Assembly (NCBI GenBank): GCA_003427395.1 | Contig: BFEA01000015.1 | Coordinates: 5,939,027 to 6,003,026, forward strand | Reading direction: 5' to 3' | Origin: Chara braunii | Taxonomy: Eukaryota; Plantae; Charophyceae | DNA length: 64,000 bases | Part shown: piece after piece, positions 46,201 through 56,418 of the stretch | Numbering within the stretch: the stretch's first letter is position 1 | How the letters are laid out: each line of letters opens with the position of its first letter | Translations under genes and position numbers: made by a program | Notes under the pieces: model-generated | Told to the model about the DNA's origin: nothing | Databases searched by the model: none | What the model saw: only the letters and a program-made list of their open reading frames with translations

Positions 46201-49200
46201 CAACTCGTTGAGATCACCGCAAATGTGTGGCTGACGGAGTATCGGCGGGCTGGATGCGGTTATGTGCTGCCATGGCAGAGGGACAAGGGCATGCTGGATT
46301 GCCAGGCAGGACTCGAGGTGGAGCTTGTGTGCACGGGCACGCGCAGGGGGATGATGGAGGAGGGGATTGCCCGTCAGGTTGCGCTTATTACCCGGGATCC
46401 CATCGGGGCCTCCGCACCACCCTTTGCTGATGCCGTTTTCGGTAGACGTGCTTGCATTTTTCGTCCCTACCCCAGGGAGGACGACTCGGACGAGGAGCCG
46501 GTACCCGAGGCGGTAGATGACCCTGCGCTCCGCATTCCCCATGAGATCGACGAGACGCACGACGAGATGCTGGGGGGAGAGGAGGAGTTTTGGGGCCCAT
46601 TCGGGGAGGTCGCTTCCACGGACGGCACAGAGGCGCGGGCGACGACCCCCACTCCGACGAGGCGGGAGTCGTCCATGGCGCCACCTTGTGCTGCGAGTCC
46701 TGCACCACCATCGCCCGTCTCGCCACTTCAGCCGGCCATGGCAACGGCGGACACAGAGGAGTTGGCGTCCTCTTTGCCTCAGCACGGACTTCTCCACAGA
46801 GGCGGGGCAGTCCGCCAGCTGAGGTTACGATCACCTTTCCCGGGGATATTGCAGGAGGAGGGGGCACCGTCGGCAGCAGCAGTGGAGGGGGGGATGGCAC
46901 CAGCGGCGGTGGCGGAAGCGACGGTCGCAGCTGTGGTGGACGAGATAGCAGCAGCAGTGCTGGAGGAGGTGGCACCATCAGTGGTGGAGGAGGAGGCACC
47001 AGCGGCAGGAGGAGCAGCAACAGTGGAGGGGGAGGTGGCAGCAGCAGGAGGAGCAGCTGGAGGAGCGGCAACCGTGGAGGTGGAGGGGGCAGCAGCAGTG
47101 GAGGAGGAGGAGGCACCGATAGCAGCTGCAGTGGAGGGGGGGGTGGCAGGACCAGTGGAGGAGGAGATAACCGCACAGGTGGAGGTGCCGCGTGGGGGCG
47201 GTGACGAGCGCTTCATGCAGCAGTTCCTCACGGAGGAGCTCGATCCGGTAATAGCGGGTATGACCCCGGGTGTGGCGAGGGGGTCGGGGATTTCGGATTC
47301 GGAGATGGGGAACCACTTAGACTTTGATTTGTGGATGGGTCTTCCACCTAGTTGCGGCTGGGCGACATCGACGGATCGGGCTCCATCGAGGGACGAGGCG
47401 GCAAGACAGACTTTGACGCAGACCCCGAGAGAGAGGACGACGACTGAGTCTCCAGATGCAGCACGCGACATCATGGAGCGAGAGAGAGCTCGACTTATGG
47501 CATCGAGTAACCTGCGTGCTCAGGCATTCGCACAGGCCTTGGAGGAGGTTAGGCGTCGAGAGACAGGGGGTGATGGTGTGCAGGGTGGGGTGGTGGTGGG
47601 GGAGGACGTTGTGGAGGGAGTGGCAGCAAAGGCAGGGGGGGATGGTGTGCAGGGTGGGGTGGTGGCGGGGGAGGACGTTGCGGAGGGAGTAGCAGCGGAG
47701 GCGGACAATGAGGCTATGTCGGGTGGGCCACAGACAGCGAAAGTTGTTGTGGAGGGACGGCCACAGGCGGTGGATGAGGTTGTGCAGGCAGGACAGCGGT
47801 AAGATGAGGGGGCTATAGACGCACGACGCGTGGTCCAGGAGACAACGACGGGTCTAGTCGTTCCGTTCTCGGGCCTGCACTTGGCTCAGGGCCGACAGTC
47901 CCAGGCGGTTCAGATGGCAGTGCATGGTGTGCCACCTCCCGTTATCACAGATTTGGGGTCCGAGTCGATGGTTGTGCCCCCATGTTTTCCTAGTCACTTT
48001 GCTCCGCAGGAGGTCCGTCGTCCTTTGGACGCAGAGGAGTTGGCGAGAGAGGCTGTGCGCGATGTTACTCGATTGGACCGGCGGATCTTCGACCAGAGGC
48101 TCGAGCATCCACCATGGCAGGCGATCCCTTCGGTTCCATGGGGTCCTGCGTCGCCCGTGTGGTCTGGGTCTACCTCCACTGGAGGACGTACCGTGGGAGA
48201 TGTTCCAGGGGTTTCGGGTGGCGTGATGGAGACAGCGCCACGTACAGGAGACATGCCACCCCCTCCTCCTAGACCACATGTAGGTGATCCATCATCGTCG
48301 CCCACAGGCAGAGGCTCTCGATCCCCACACACACCTGGGAGATCCAGGATTCGTGACACGACAACAGTTCAGCGGGACGTGTGTGACACAACGTTATTCG
48401 GGAGGATAGACATAGATTTGGATTCCACCCGCCGTGTCACGAAGCACACCGCACACCTTCAGCCAGGCTTGGGACCCCACGGGGCCAGGACGACCGTGGC
48501 GAGGGAGGTACCAGCATCAGGTTGTGAGCGTCAGCGAGGTCGCGGCAGAGGAGTGTCCACCGAGAGCTTGGAGCACGCTCTGAGAGCAGCGACGCGTGCC
48601 GTTCATGAGCAGACTCCACGCAAGCGTGGAGTGCCTCCTCGTTGATGCCCCGTGCCTGCAGAGGGAGGCACTGCACTTGGAGAGAGTTCGGGGGCGGAGG
48701 GGTTGGGGATGCCTCGTGGATCCCGCCGTGAGCAGACGGTTGCAGAGGCTAGTGCGAGGGTTGTTGTGTTGAGGAAGGGAGGAGGCCCTGTCACCATCGA
48801 GGAGGATGATCCTGATACGGATGCGGCAGTGCGGGAGGAGGACGAGGACTATGACGGCGAGGAGGAGGGAGAGGAGGAGAGCAAGAGCGGTTTCGATGGT
48901 GACGACCACGATGATGAGCCCCCACCTCGCCCACCGACGAGTGCATCTACACGCTCGGCTGTGCGGACTTCTTCATTCGCACGAGGGAGGAGGAGGTCGA
49001 CATCCGACACTCGAGGGGGTACGAGGAGATAGAGCAGGAAGGGGAAGAAGGGTCGTTGACCGATAAGGCCAACACTCCGCTTCTCCCGTACTCACACTGT
49101 ACTTCGTCATGTTGTGCGGTCCTAGTTTTTTTGGCCGCCTTGTCTTGTCTTAGTATTGTTAGACACTCAGTGGTAGTGTGCGTGCTTTAGTTGTTGGTGT

Positions 49201-50516
49201 GTATGATTTTGGTAGGAGTAGGGTGTTCATAGAGTATGATTTTGGTACCGGTAGGGTGTTCGTAGAGTACCGTCGGTTGCAGCAGACTGAGTACAGCATC
49301 TCGGCAGCTACGACACGACTTGTCGACTACTGTTTCTTGTATTTTTTCGACATGTGGAACCAGTACCTTAGCAGTAGGATACATTGTATCATGTTACATT
49401 TTTCATGTGTGATTTTAGTGACAGGTACTGCGCGTCGCTCACGACTTTACATTTTCCATGTACATTACATTTTCCATGTACATTTTCTGTTACGGGTGAT
49501 GCACGTCGTGTGCACGACGTTGCGTGCCCATTTTTTTTGGGTGTGTGATTTTATATCTTTAATTGTTGTTCTCATTTTCAATTTCATTTCTTGCGTTTGT
49601 TTCTTTTAATTTATTTTTGGCTTGGAGAGTTCGGTGGTTGTTTTCTTTTTGTTTGTGTTAATTGTTGATTCTATTTGCATTGAATGAAATACAAACTGAT
49701 GTTTCGGGGGGTGNNNNNNNNNNNNNNNNNNNNNNNNNNNNNNNNNNNNNNNNNNNNNNNNNNNNNNNNNNNNNNNNNNNNNNNNNNNNNNNNNNNNNNN
49801 NNNNNNNNNNNNNNNNNNNNNNNNNNNNNNNNNNNNNNNNNNNNNNNNNNNNNNNNNNNNNNNNNNNNNNNNNNNNNNNNNNNNNNNNNNNNNNNNNNNN
49901 NNNNNNNNNNNNNNNNNNNNNNNNNNNNNNNNNNNNNNNNNNNNNNNNNNNNNNNNNNNNNNNNNNNNNNNNNNNNNNNNNNNNNNNNNNNNNNNNNNNN
50001 NNNNNNNNNNNNNNNNNNNNNNNNNNNNNNNNNNNNNNNNNNNNNNNNNNNNNNNNNNNNNNNNNNNNNNNNNNNNNNNNNNNNNNNNNNNNNNNNNNNN
50101 NNNNNNNNNNNNNNNNNNNNNNNNNNNNNNNNNNNNNNNNNNNNNNNNNNNNGGTTGTTTAGGGGTGGGTGTGAGGGGTAGTGGGGGTTCGGGGTGGTGT
50201 TGGCAATGTGTAGGTTGGGGGGACGGGGGTGTGTTTGGGATCAAAGCGCGGTTTTTGGGGCCTTAAGGGGTGTGGGGGGGGGTGTTAACGGGGGGTGAAT
50301 GTTTTTTTTCCTTTTCTCGGTTCGAGTGTTCAGGCACGTGTGCGTTGGCACACATGTCCGAGGGCCAACGCGCGAATTCCGAAAAATTTTGTTTTTCGGA
50401 ATTCGACGCGACACCACCGTTTTTGCGTTTAACGCGATTGAATGGGGGTCCTCAGACCCGTTAAACGGGTGTTCGGGCGTTTAATTCGGCGTGTTCTCCG
50501 TTAAAACGATACACAG
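42794..50516 (+). mobile_element. hAT-superfamily DNA transposon
   Basis: Perfect 8-bp TSD ACGATGGT (42786-42793 and 50517-50524); TIR CTGTGTGTC / GATACACAG; many subterminal (aa)cgcg(a)ttgaa motifs at both ends; transposase inside. Confidence 0.93.
44050..49032 (+). pseudogene. hAT transposase (BED-finger, DUF659-like core, dimerisation domain) with long acidic tail; disrupted
   Basis: RCTFCNKVF...ATRHF; SDGRKS, ICADSASAY, WLSCSVHVCNKLL, TRFASVYSMLERLL, WWSQFG, CASPAERN, KKRNQLAFEKVVQLV; several stops and frameshifts; start not resolved because of the N gap. Confidence 0.88.
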
Positions 50517-51703
50517 ACGATGGTTTTGTCACCCTGCCTTCGTGTGTCAGTTGCAGAAAGTGAATTCATTGGAAGATCCTGCTCCAAAGCCTAAGTCGAC
50601 CTACGAGAACGGTCAAAGCAGAAACGTAGGTTCTCTCGAGAGCCTTGTTGCCAGAGACCTCAAGTTGATCCATGAGCATTCCCCTTTGCCTCGACCTGCC
50701 CATCTATTCAACGAGAGACTTGAGCATCGTGTTCCTGATCATTGGGAGTGACGAAGGATCTATTGGTTGATCCGATCAGAGACGGACTTAAAATCGGCTT
50801 GAGCGTGCTACGGAAGGTAGAGTCGGGCAGTGGGTTTACTGACTCTCTAACAACTTAGACGTGCGGGCTGTAATAGGGGACGGGTAAGGCTCGACGTCTG
50901 AACCGAGAGGAGTGGTATGAGTGACAGGAAGGTATAGCGAATTCAAAAAAAAGAAAAAAAAAGAAAAAAAAAAAGAGGATTGATGGGAGCTAATCGAGGG
51001 AGCATTGCTAGACGTGAGAACCGAGTACTAACGCTGCCAAATTCGAATTATCTTGAACTGTTATGATGTTCATCACCATTACTGAGCTCAATATTCCAAA
51101 TTGTCAAGTTTTGCAGTGAAAAGCGTAAAGCTATTTCCACTTGTTTCCTTGTACTCCGGGCTCTGTAATTACCACTGGACGCGTTACAGCTATGCTCACG
51201 GACGACTCCAAGTGAAAGCAGAGTCGTCGAAGTCGCATCTTTCGGTCATTTAAGAGTCTTGCTTTGAATGCTCGTGGGAAGGGAAAGCGCTACACCTTAT
51301 GACTGTATCATTCCTGAGAATCTAAGAAGAGATTCACAACGACGATTCGAAGCGACAATCAAAACGACCAATAAATTATGCAGAATTAATTTTAATCCAA
51401 GTTTTAACTTTATTATATATATATATATATATATAAACTCCGACGAAACAGTTTGTCACAGCCCCTCGTTTGTTGTCCTCTTCTCTCTCTCTGCCTACGG
51501 TTTACCGGGCACTTCTGTTTGTGACGATATATATATATATATATATCTCGGGACTGAAAAAGGAGATCTTGACAGGCAGTGCAAACCTCAGTACCCTGCT
51601 GATCGCTGAGGACCTCGGAAGCGGGCGCGGCAAGTGACAGACGTCGTTGCCCTTGGCTTAAGCGAACGGTAGGGGACCCCTCCTCGAGTTTCCTTACAAA
51701 CTT

Positions 51704-51721
51704 TGGCGCCGTTGTCAGGGA
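51704..51721 (+). promoter_or_regulatory. Primer-binding site (tRNA-Asp type)
   Basis: TGGCGCCGTTGTCAGGGA, 16/18 match to TGGCGCCGTTGCCGGGGA, 5 nt after the LTR end. Confidence 0.88.
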
Positions 51722-51788
51722 GGGGACTGCACCTCGAAGGCGTCGGCCTTCCCCAATCAACAGGGGTGCGTTGGCTAATCAGCCAGAT

Positions 51789-52018
51789 ACTAATTAGCTT
51801 TAAACCACTAGTACCTTCGCCGCGTGGGAAAATAGCGGGCCTTGGGTATGCGTCCGACCTTTTCAGCGGCCGAAACGAAATGACGGTCTCCGATCAGATT
51901 TATCAATGGCTATCGTCGTCGGGCCCGACCTCTGAATATTGACGAGTTTGGAAAAACTGCCAGTTTCCCTATTTTCCCACGGGGGAAAGGTATTAGTGGT
52001 TTAAACAAGTTGATTAGT
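51789..52018 (+). other. Long inverted repeat in the leader of element B
   Basis: TTTAAACCACTAGTACCTTCGCCGCGTGGGAAAATAG pairs with CTATTTTCCCACGGGGGAAAGGTATTAGTGGTTTAAA (33 WC + 1 GU of 37). Confidence 0.85.
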
Positions 52019-52550
52019 TGATTTTTTTTTTTTTTTTTGTTTAATTTTGAAATTTGTTTTTTTTCTTCGATATCTCCTGATCCGCGCGTTTTTGGGCGAG
52101 CCGCCCCGGGCTCAAAGTTCGTCCTCTCATCTAGGCGAACATTTTGAGACCTCTTTTTAAAAATTCGAAGGACTGGATTTTTAGATAATCAATTTTCTTT
52201 ATTTTTTCTAATTACGATTCCGAAAATTTACGGAAAGTCCGAGCGAAATCTGGAAATGATCCCCCGGAACAAAGTTGTTCCGTTTATTTTGCCTGACGTT
52301 TTCAGATATTAGTCGGGGAAAACGGAGCCCGTTTGGAAAAACGACGGAGACCAACAAACAAGAAATTTTAACGAAATTAGAACGGGAATTCGATTTCTTT
52401 GTAATTTTGTTAAAATTTAAAGAAGCAAAAAGAAAAAAAAAGTGATCCGATAAGTTTTCTTTTTGAACTTGAAAGAATTCCACAAAAGTTTTCCACAGTG
52501 GTTTGGGGTTTTCCGGTGTGCGCGCGGCTGCGCGCAAAACACAAAACCGT

Positions 52551-52600
52551 AGTTAGGGAAAACCCTAATTAGGGCGAAACCCTAGTACCCCTATATAAAT
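52551..52600 (+). promoter_or_regulatory. Putative internal promoter: telo-box cluster plus TATA
   Basis: TTAGGG, AAACCCTAA, TTAGGG, AAACCCTA, then CCCTATATAAAT (52589-52600). Confidence 0.5.
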
Positions 52601-54224
52601 ATAGGATCAACTAAAGTTCTAACCAAAACCTTGCAGATTGCAGTTAGGGTCTAGGGGTTTGTGGGCAAGGTATATATGCTCCGAAAATAAAAAAGTGTAA
52701 ATTTGAATTTTTGTGCTAATTAAATAAATAAAAGATAAAATTAATATCTAAAAATTAATAAAATTGGAGTTCTTTAAACTTTCGATCGTTTATCTTTGCC
52801 TCCTTTTTGACGGTTGATTAACGGATAACCTTCGAACCCCATCTCAAGGGGGGGGAGGAAAATTGTTCTTTTGATTTAAAATTTTGATAATTAATTAAAA
52901 AAAAATATTAAAAATGTCTAAAAATCAAGTAAAAATCGAACTTCCTCCTTTGTGATATTTTATTGGGTTTTCGTCGTTTCGGCAACATTATTTGAGGGAC
53001 TTGCCCCGCACCCCATCCCAATGGGGGGAGGCGGAACGCCGCCAAAATTTTTCGGAAATCCCCAAAATTGTTCTAGGACTCTATAAAGCTTGAAAACTCT
53101 GCTAACCGTAGCGAAACGTGACCCTCGACGAATATAAGAAAAGGGAAAGAATTGATTTCAAAATTTTTCTATTTTTTTCTAATTATAAAGTAAAATCACG
53201 AGAAAAATTCCTAAAGGGAGATAGAAAAGGGTACTAGGCTTGTTTTAGATTGGGTGAGGATTGTAAAACCTCCCCTAAGATTGGATACGAAGAACGGGAA
53301 TTTTACTCAATTAATACTATTTTTGGACGAATTAATTGATACAAAGTCAAGAAAAACCAAACGATAGTGGGAAAAGCAGTTGGACGTTACGTCACGCCCC
53401 AATTGCATCTGTGTATACTTCGGCTGCGAACTGTGGGCAGGAAGTGTAACCTTTTGGTTTTTCTTGAATTTTTATTAATTAAACTATTGAAATTCTTCAA
53501 AATTAAAAGATATGGCTTAAAAATTTGAAAAGAGAGTATGTTTACTTTTTGTTTTTGATTCCTGTCTGGTGGACTAGGTCCATTGGTCGGGGGTGTGTCG
53601 CTGGTGTACCTTGCTGGAATCCCTCGAATTGAGCACGCTCCTTGTATTCGAGGGAACTCGAGTAGAAGGCTTGCGTGTCCGATCCGAGTTCGGAATTTCG
53701 CGCCCTTGATACCTGGGCCACTCTAGGGCCTGTCTAGGACTTAGGTAGGCAGCACTTAATATAGGGACGACCTTTCGGACCCCATCCCAACGGGGGAAGG
53801 TGAAACGCTGCCGAATTTTTTTTTAGAATGCGAGCCTTTCCACCTTTATTTTTCTAGCTTTTCTTACATCACTTGGATGTGGCCGCCCTCGACGGTTGAG
53901 GAATTCTCGGTTGACAGGTACTGGGTCGATGAGCCTCCAGAACTTATAGAAGGAGATCTGGTGGAGTTTGCCCTGCCTTGTCGGCCCACAGACGGACACG
54001 ACGGTCGACACAAGTGGCGGTCTGTCCCTTTGTGGCCCAGCGCCTGACTGTGGATGTACCGTGAGCTTAAGAGTAGCCAGGGCCCGTACGGTAGGCGTCC
54101 GGGGGACATTGCCTACGGGGAGGTCAAGGCCTACCTCTACCTGAGCCCGAAAGTGGCAAAGAAGGCCGCTTTGACCCGCGTGACGTGGGGGACGTGAGGG
54201 ATTATTGGCTGGGCGCAGCGGTAC

Positions 54225-54937
54225 GTGCAGGAGGAGGTAGAGGCTTTCAGGCTCGAGGAGGAGCAGGACTCGATAGCGTGGCTCCACGGGTTTCCTCCCC
54301 GTGTGATTACGGGGGACCTCCGAGTTTTCCAAGAGGGGTTCCTCCCGCATTCAGGTTGTAGACTGAGGGCAACGGTCCCTACATTCGTGGTAGACGCGGC
54401 GTTCGGCGGGGTAAGACGATTGGTTGAGGCCTATCTCACCACTAGGGAGCTCGAGCATTTCTCGAGGGGAGATTTAGACTCCCATTTTATCTACTACTCC
54501 GTGGTGACTGTCGGGTTGTGGTGGGGAGATGAGAGGGTATAGCTTATAGAGTTGATCCAGTGTACCAGGGAGCCTCGTGGGAGGAGGGTTACGACCGGAG
54601 ACGGCCTCCGCGTGCATACGTGTGGGACCTGTTGGATCGTGAGCTTCGAGCAGGACCCGACTATACCATGTGTATAGGTCGGCTCTTCACGGAGTACTTG
54701 GAGTCGTGGGGACCTGGAGCCACTGACCCGCTCATAGTCGTGTACCAGCTTACGTGGTATTATGAGGGGATCCGGGCGCCGGGATATCGATTAGAGGAGG
54801 ACCACGGCGACGACGACGAGGAGGAGGCTTGGGAGCCTGATTGGGTCGACTCCGACAGGGAGGACGCCGAGTCGGGAGAGGAGGACGATATCGCGGACGC
54901 TGCTTTCCCGAGGATAGGGGTCGCGATCAGAGCCTAG
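54225..54937 (+). pseudogene. Extra ORF-A upstream of gag (unknown protein, acidic C-terminus)
   Basis: Two adjacent protein-like ORFs, 54225-54542 and 54560-54937, likely one gene broken by a stop/frameshift; may extend upstream. Confidence 0.5.
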
Positions 54938-54993
54938 GGTGAGGCACGCAAGTACTAAGTGGATGTGGGGCTAAGTAGTCAAAGATATTATGG

Positions 54994-55466
54994 ATGGGCA
55001 GACACGCGATTTTCTTTCGACAGGTATGTTGGAGTCGTAGGACGCTTGACGAGCGAGGGCCTATTAGTAAGGAAATCGATGTAGTGATACACAACTTGAA
55101 CGAGTAGTCAGGTACCAGGTAGCAAACAACGGTTGGGACATGAATCAATTTTACTTAATAACCGTACACTTTCCCGACCTAGGAGTACACCACATCGGTA
55201 TATACGCACCTAAGGAGCGTGCAAAGTTATGTGCCTACACGAGGTGCTGGAGGATAGCCGCCTAGAAGTTGAGAGAAGAGAAGAAGAGATTGGAAGATTT
55301 AGGGAAGACTGTCGAGGTCTACGACGACATCTCGATTTTCGACGGTTTGCCTGGGCCGCCGATTCTTGACAGAGGATTAGAACGGAATGGTTGGGAGGCG
55401 GTAGTGAATTTTGCTAGGACGGTTGGAGCGAGAAATGGTCCCAAGAGGTCGACAGGAAAAGAATAG
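54994..55466 (+). pseudogene. Extra ORF-B (paralog of ORF-C)
   Basis: VVRYQVANNGWDMNQFYLITVHF...AYTRCWRIAA*KLREEKKRLEDLGKTVEVYDDISIFDGLPGPP; start uncertain (frameshift). Confidence 0.6.
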
Positions 55467-55475
55467 GATGCAGGA

Positions 55476-55970
55476 ATGAGCGAAGAGAGAATTATCTCTG
55501 ATCGCAAGTTGGAGTTGAGGCGAGAGAGGTTTCTTGCTGGAAACAGACCGGCCGAGGAGAAACTAAAGACTATCTGTGGCCTGTTGAGGTCACTAGGGAA
55601 GAGAGAGGTGATCCCGCACTAGGTAGAGAGGTACGAGCTTGTGGATAGCGGATGGGAGGAGATATGTCTTCATGTGATGACCGTCAGGTTTATCTACATA
55701 GACGTGTATGATGTGAGGATTTCTCTGCCTAGGGAGAGAGAAGTTGATCTTGTATACGGTCAATGTTGAGAGCGCGCGGAAGAGGTTGTAGAAGGCGAAA
55801 GAGATAAGTTACTAACTCTAGGGAAGAACGTTATCTGGGACACTCGGATAACGATCTTTGAGGGGCTTCCTAAACCTCCGACTCCGTATCAAATTACACA
55901 AGAGGGAAACTACGGAACCATAGTAGAGCTTGCCTTACGACATCAGGAGTTTGATGGCAAGAGGAGGTGA
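55476..55970 (+). pseudogene. Extra ORF-C (165 codons, two internal stops)
   Basis: MSEERIIS...VERYELVDSGWEEICLHVMTVRF...VYGQC*ERAEEVVEGERDKLLTLGKNVIWDTRITIFEGLPKPP; aligns with ORF-B. Confidence 0.65.
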
Positions 55971-56001
55971 GTACCCGGGAGCCAGTGTCGCACGGTGAGG
56001 G

Positions 56002-56274
56002 TTGAGCGACTTAGAGAGGAGGATATCGATCGATCTACGAGAGCGCTTGCGTGCTTGCACTCACGAGGAGTTATGCACTATAGGGAGCGCGATTTGTAGG
56101 GGAGTGAGGTGCCCCGAGACAGGAGTGTTAGAGGTCAGGAGAAGTGCTGCCTGCATAGAGGGACAGGAGGGGCGACTTTTCCTTGACATGGAAGTACTAG
56201 GTATTGAGGGCGAGCACGAGTTCCGAGATGAGAGCGGAAGACTAACGACTATTTTGAGGTCGGTTGAGAACTAG
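56002..56274 (+). CDS. Extra ORF-D, ~90 aa, unknown
   Basis: Open frame with protein-like composition directly after ORF-C; no ATG start. Confidence 0.35.
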   Translation: MSDLERRISIDLRERLRACTHEELCTIGSAICRGVRCPETGVLEVRRSAACIEGQEGRLFLDMEVLGIEGEHEFRDESGRLTTILRSVEN

Positions 56275-56300
56275 GTTTGGGTTCTTAAAGATTGCCAGAA

Positions 56301-56392
56301 CCGGCTTTGACATTAGGTCCGGACTGCCGACTTTGACATTAGGTCCGGGCTGCGCGTTCGAGTGTTAGGGACGATAAACTCCCTATATAAAT
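56301..56392 (+). promoter_or_regulatory. 26-bp tandem repeat plus TATA immediately upstream of gag
   Basis: ccgRctttgacattaggtccggRctg twice (56301-56352), GTTAGGG, then CCCTATATAAAT (56381-56392). Confidence 0.5.
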
Positions 56393-56418
56393 GCGAGCTC
56401 TGAGAGGGAGCAGAGTAT

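Larger units (their letters stand above)
39867..51698 (+). repeat. 5' LTR of element B (~4.1 kb once the hAT insert is removed)
   Basis: Starts TGTCAGG, ends CCTTACA (near-inverted termini), followed by a PBS; first ~1.06 kb matches 62936-64000. Confidence 0.85.

Noticed and set aside
46388-47474. Long antisense Pro/Ala-rich ORFs in the hAT element
   Set aside because: They are shadows of the GC-rich repetitive sense frame.
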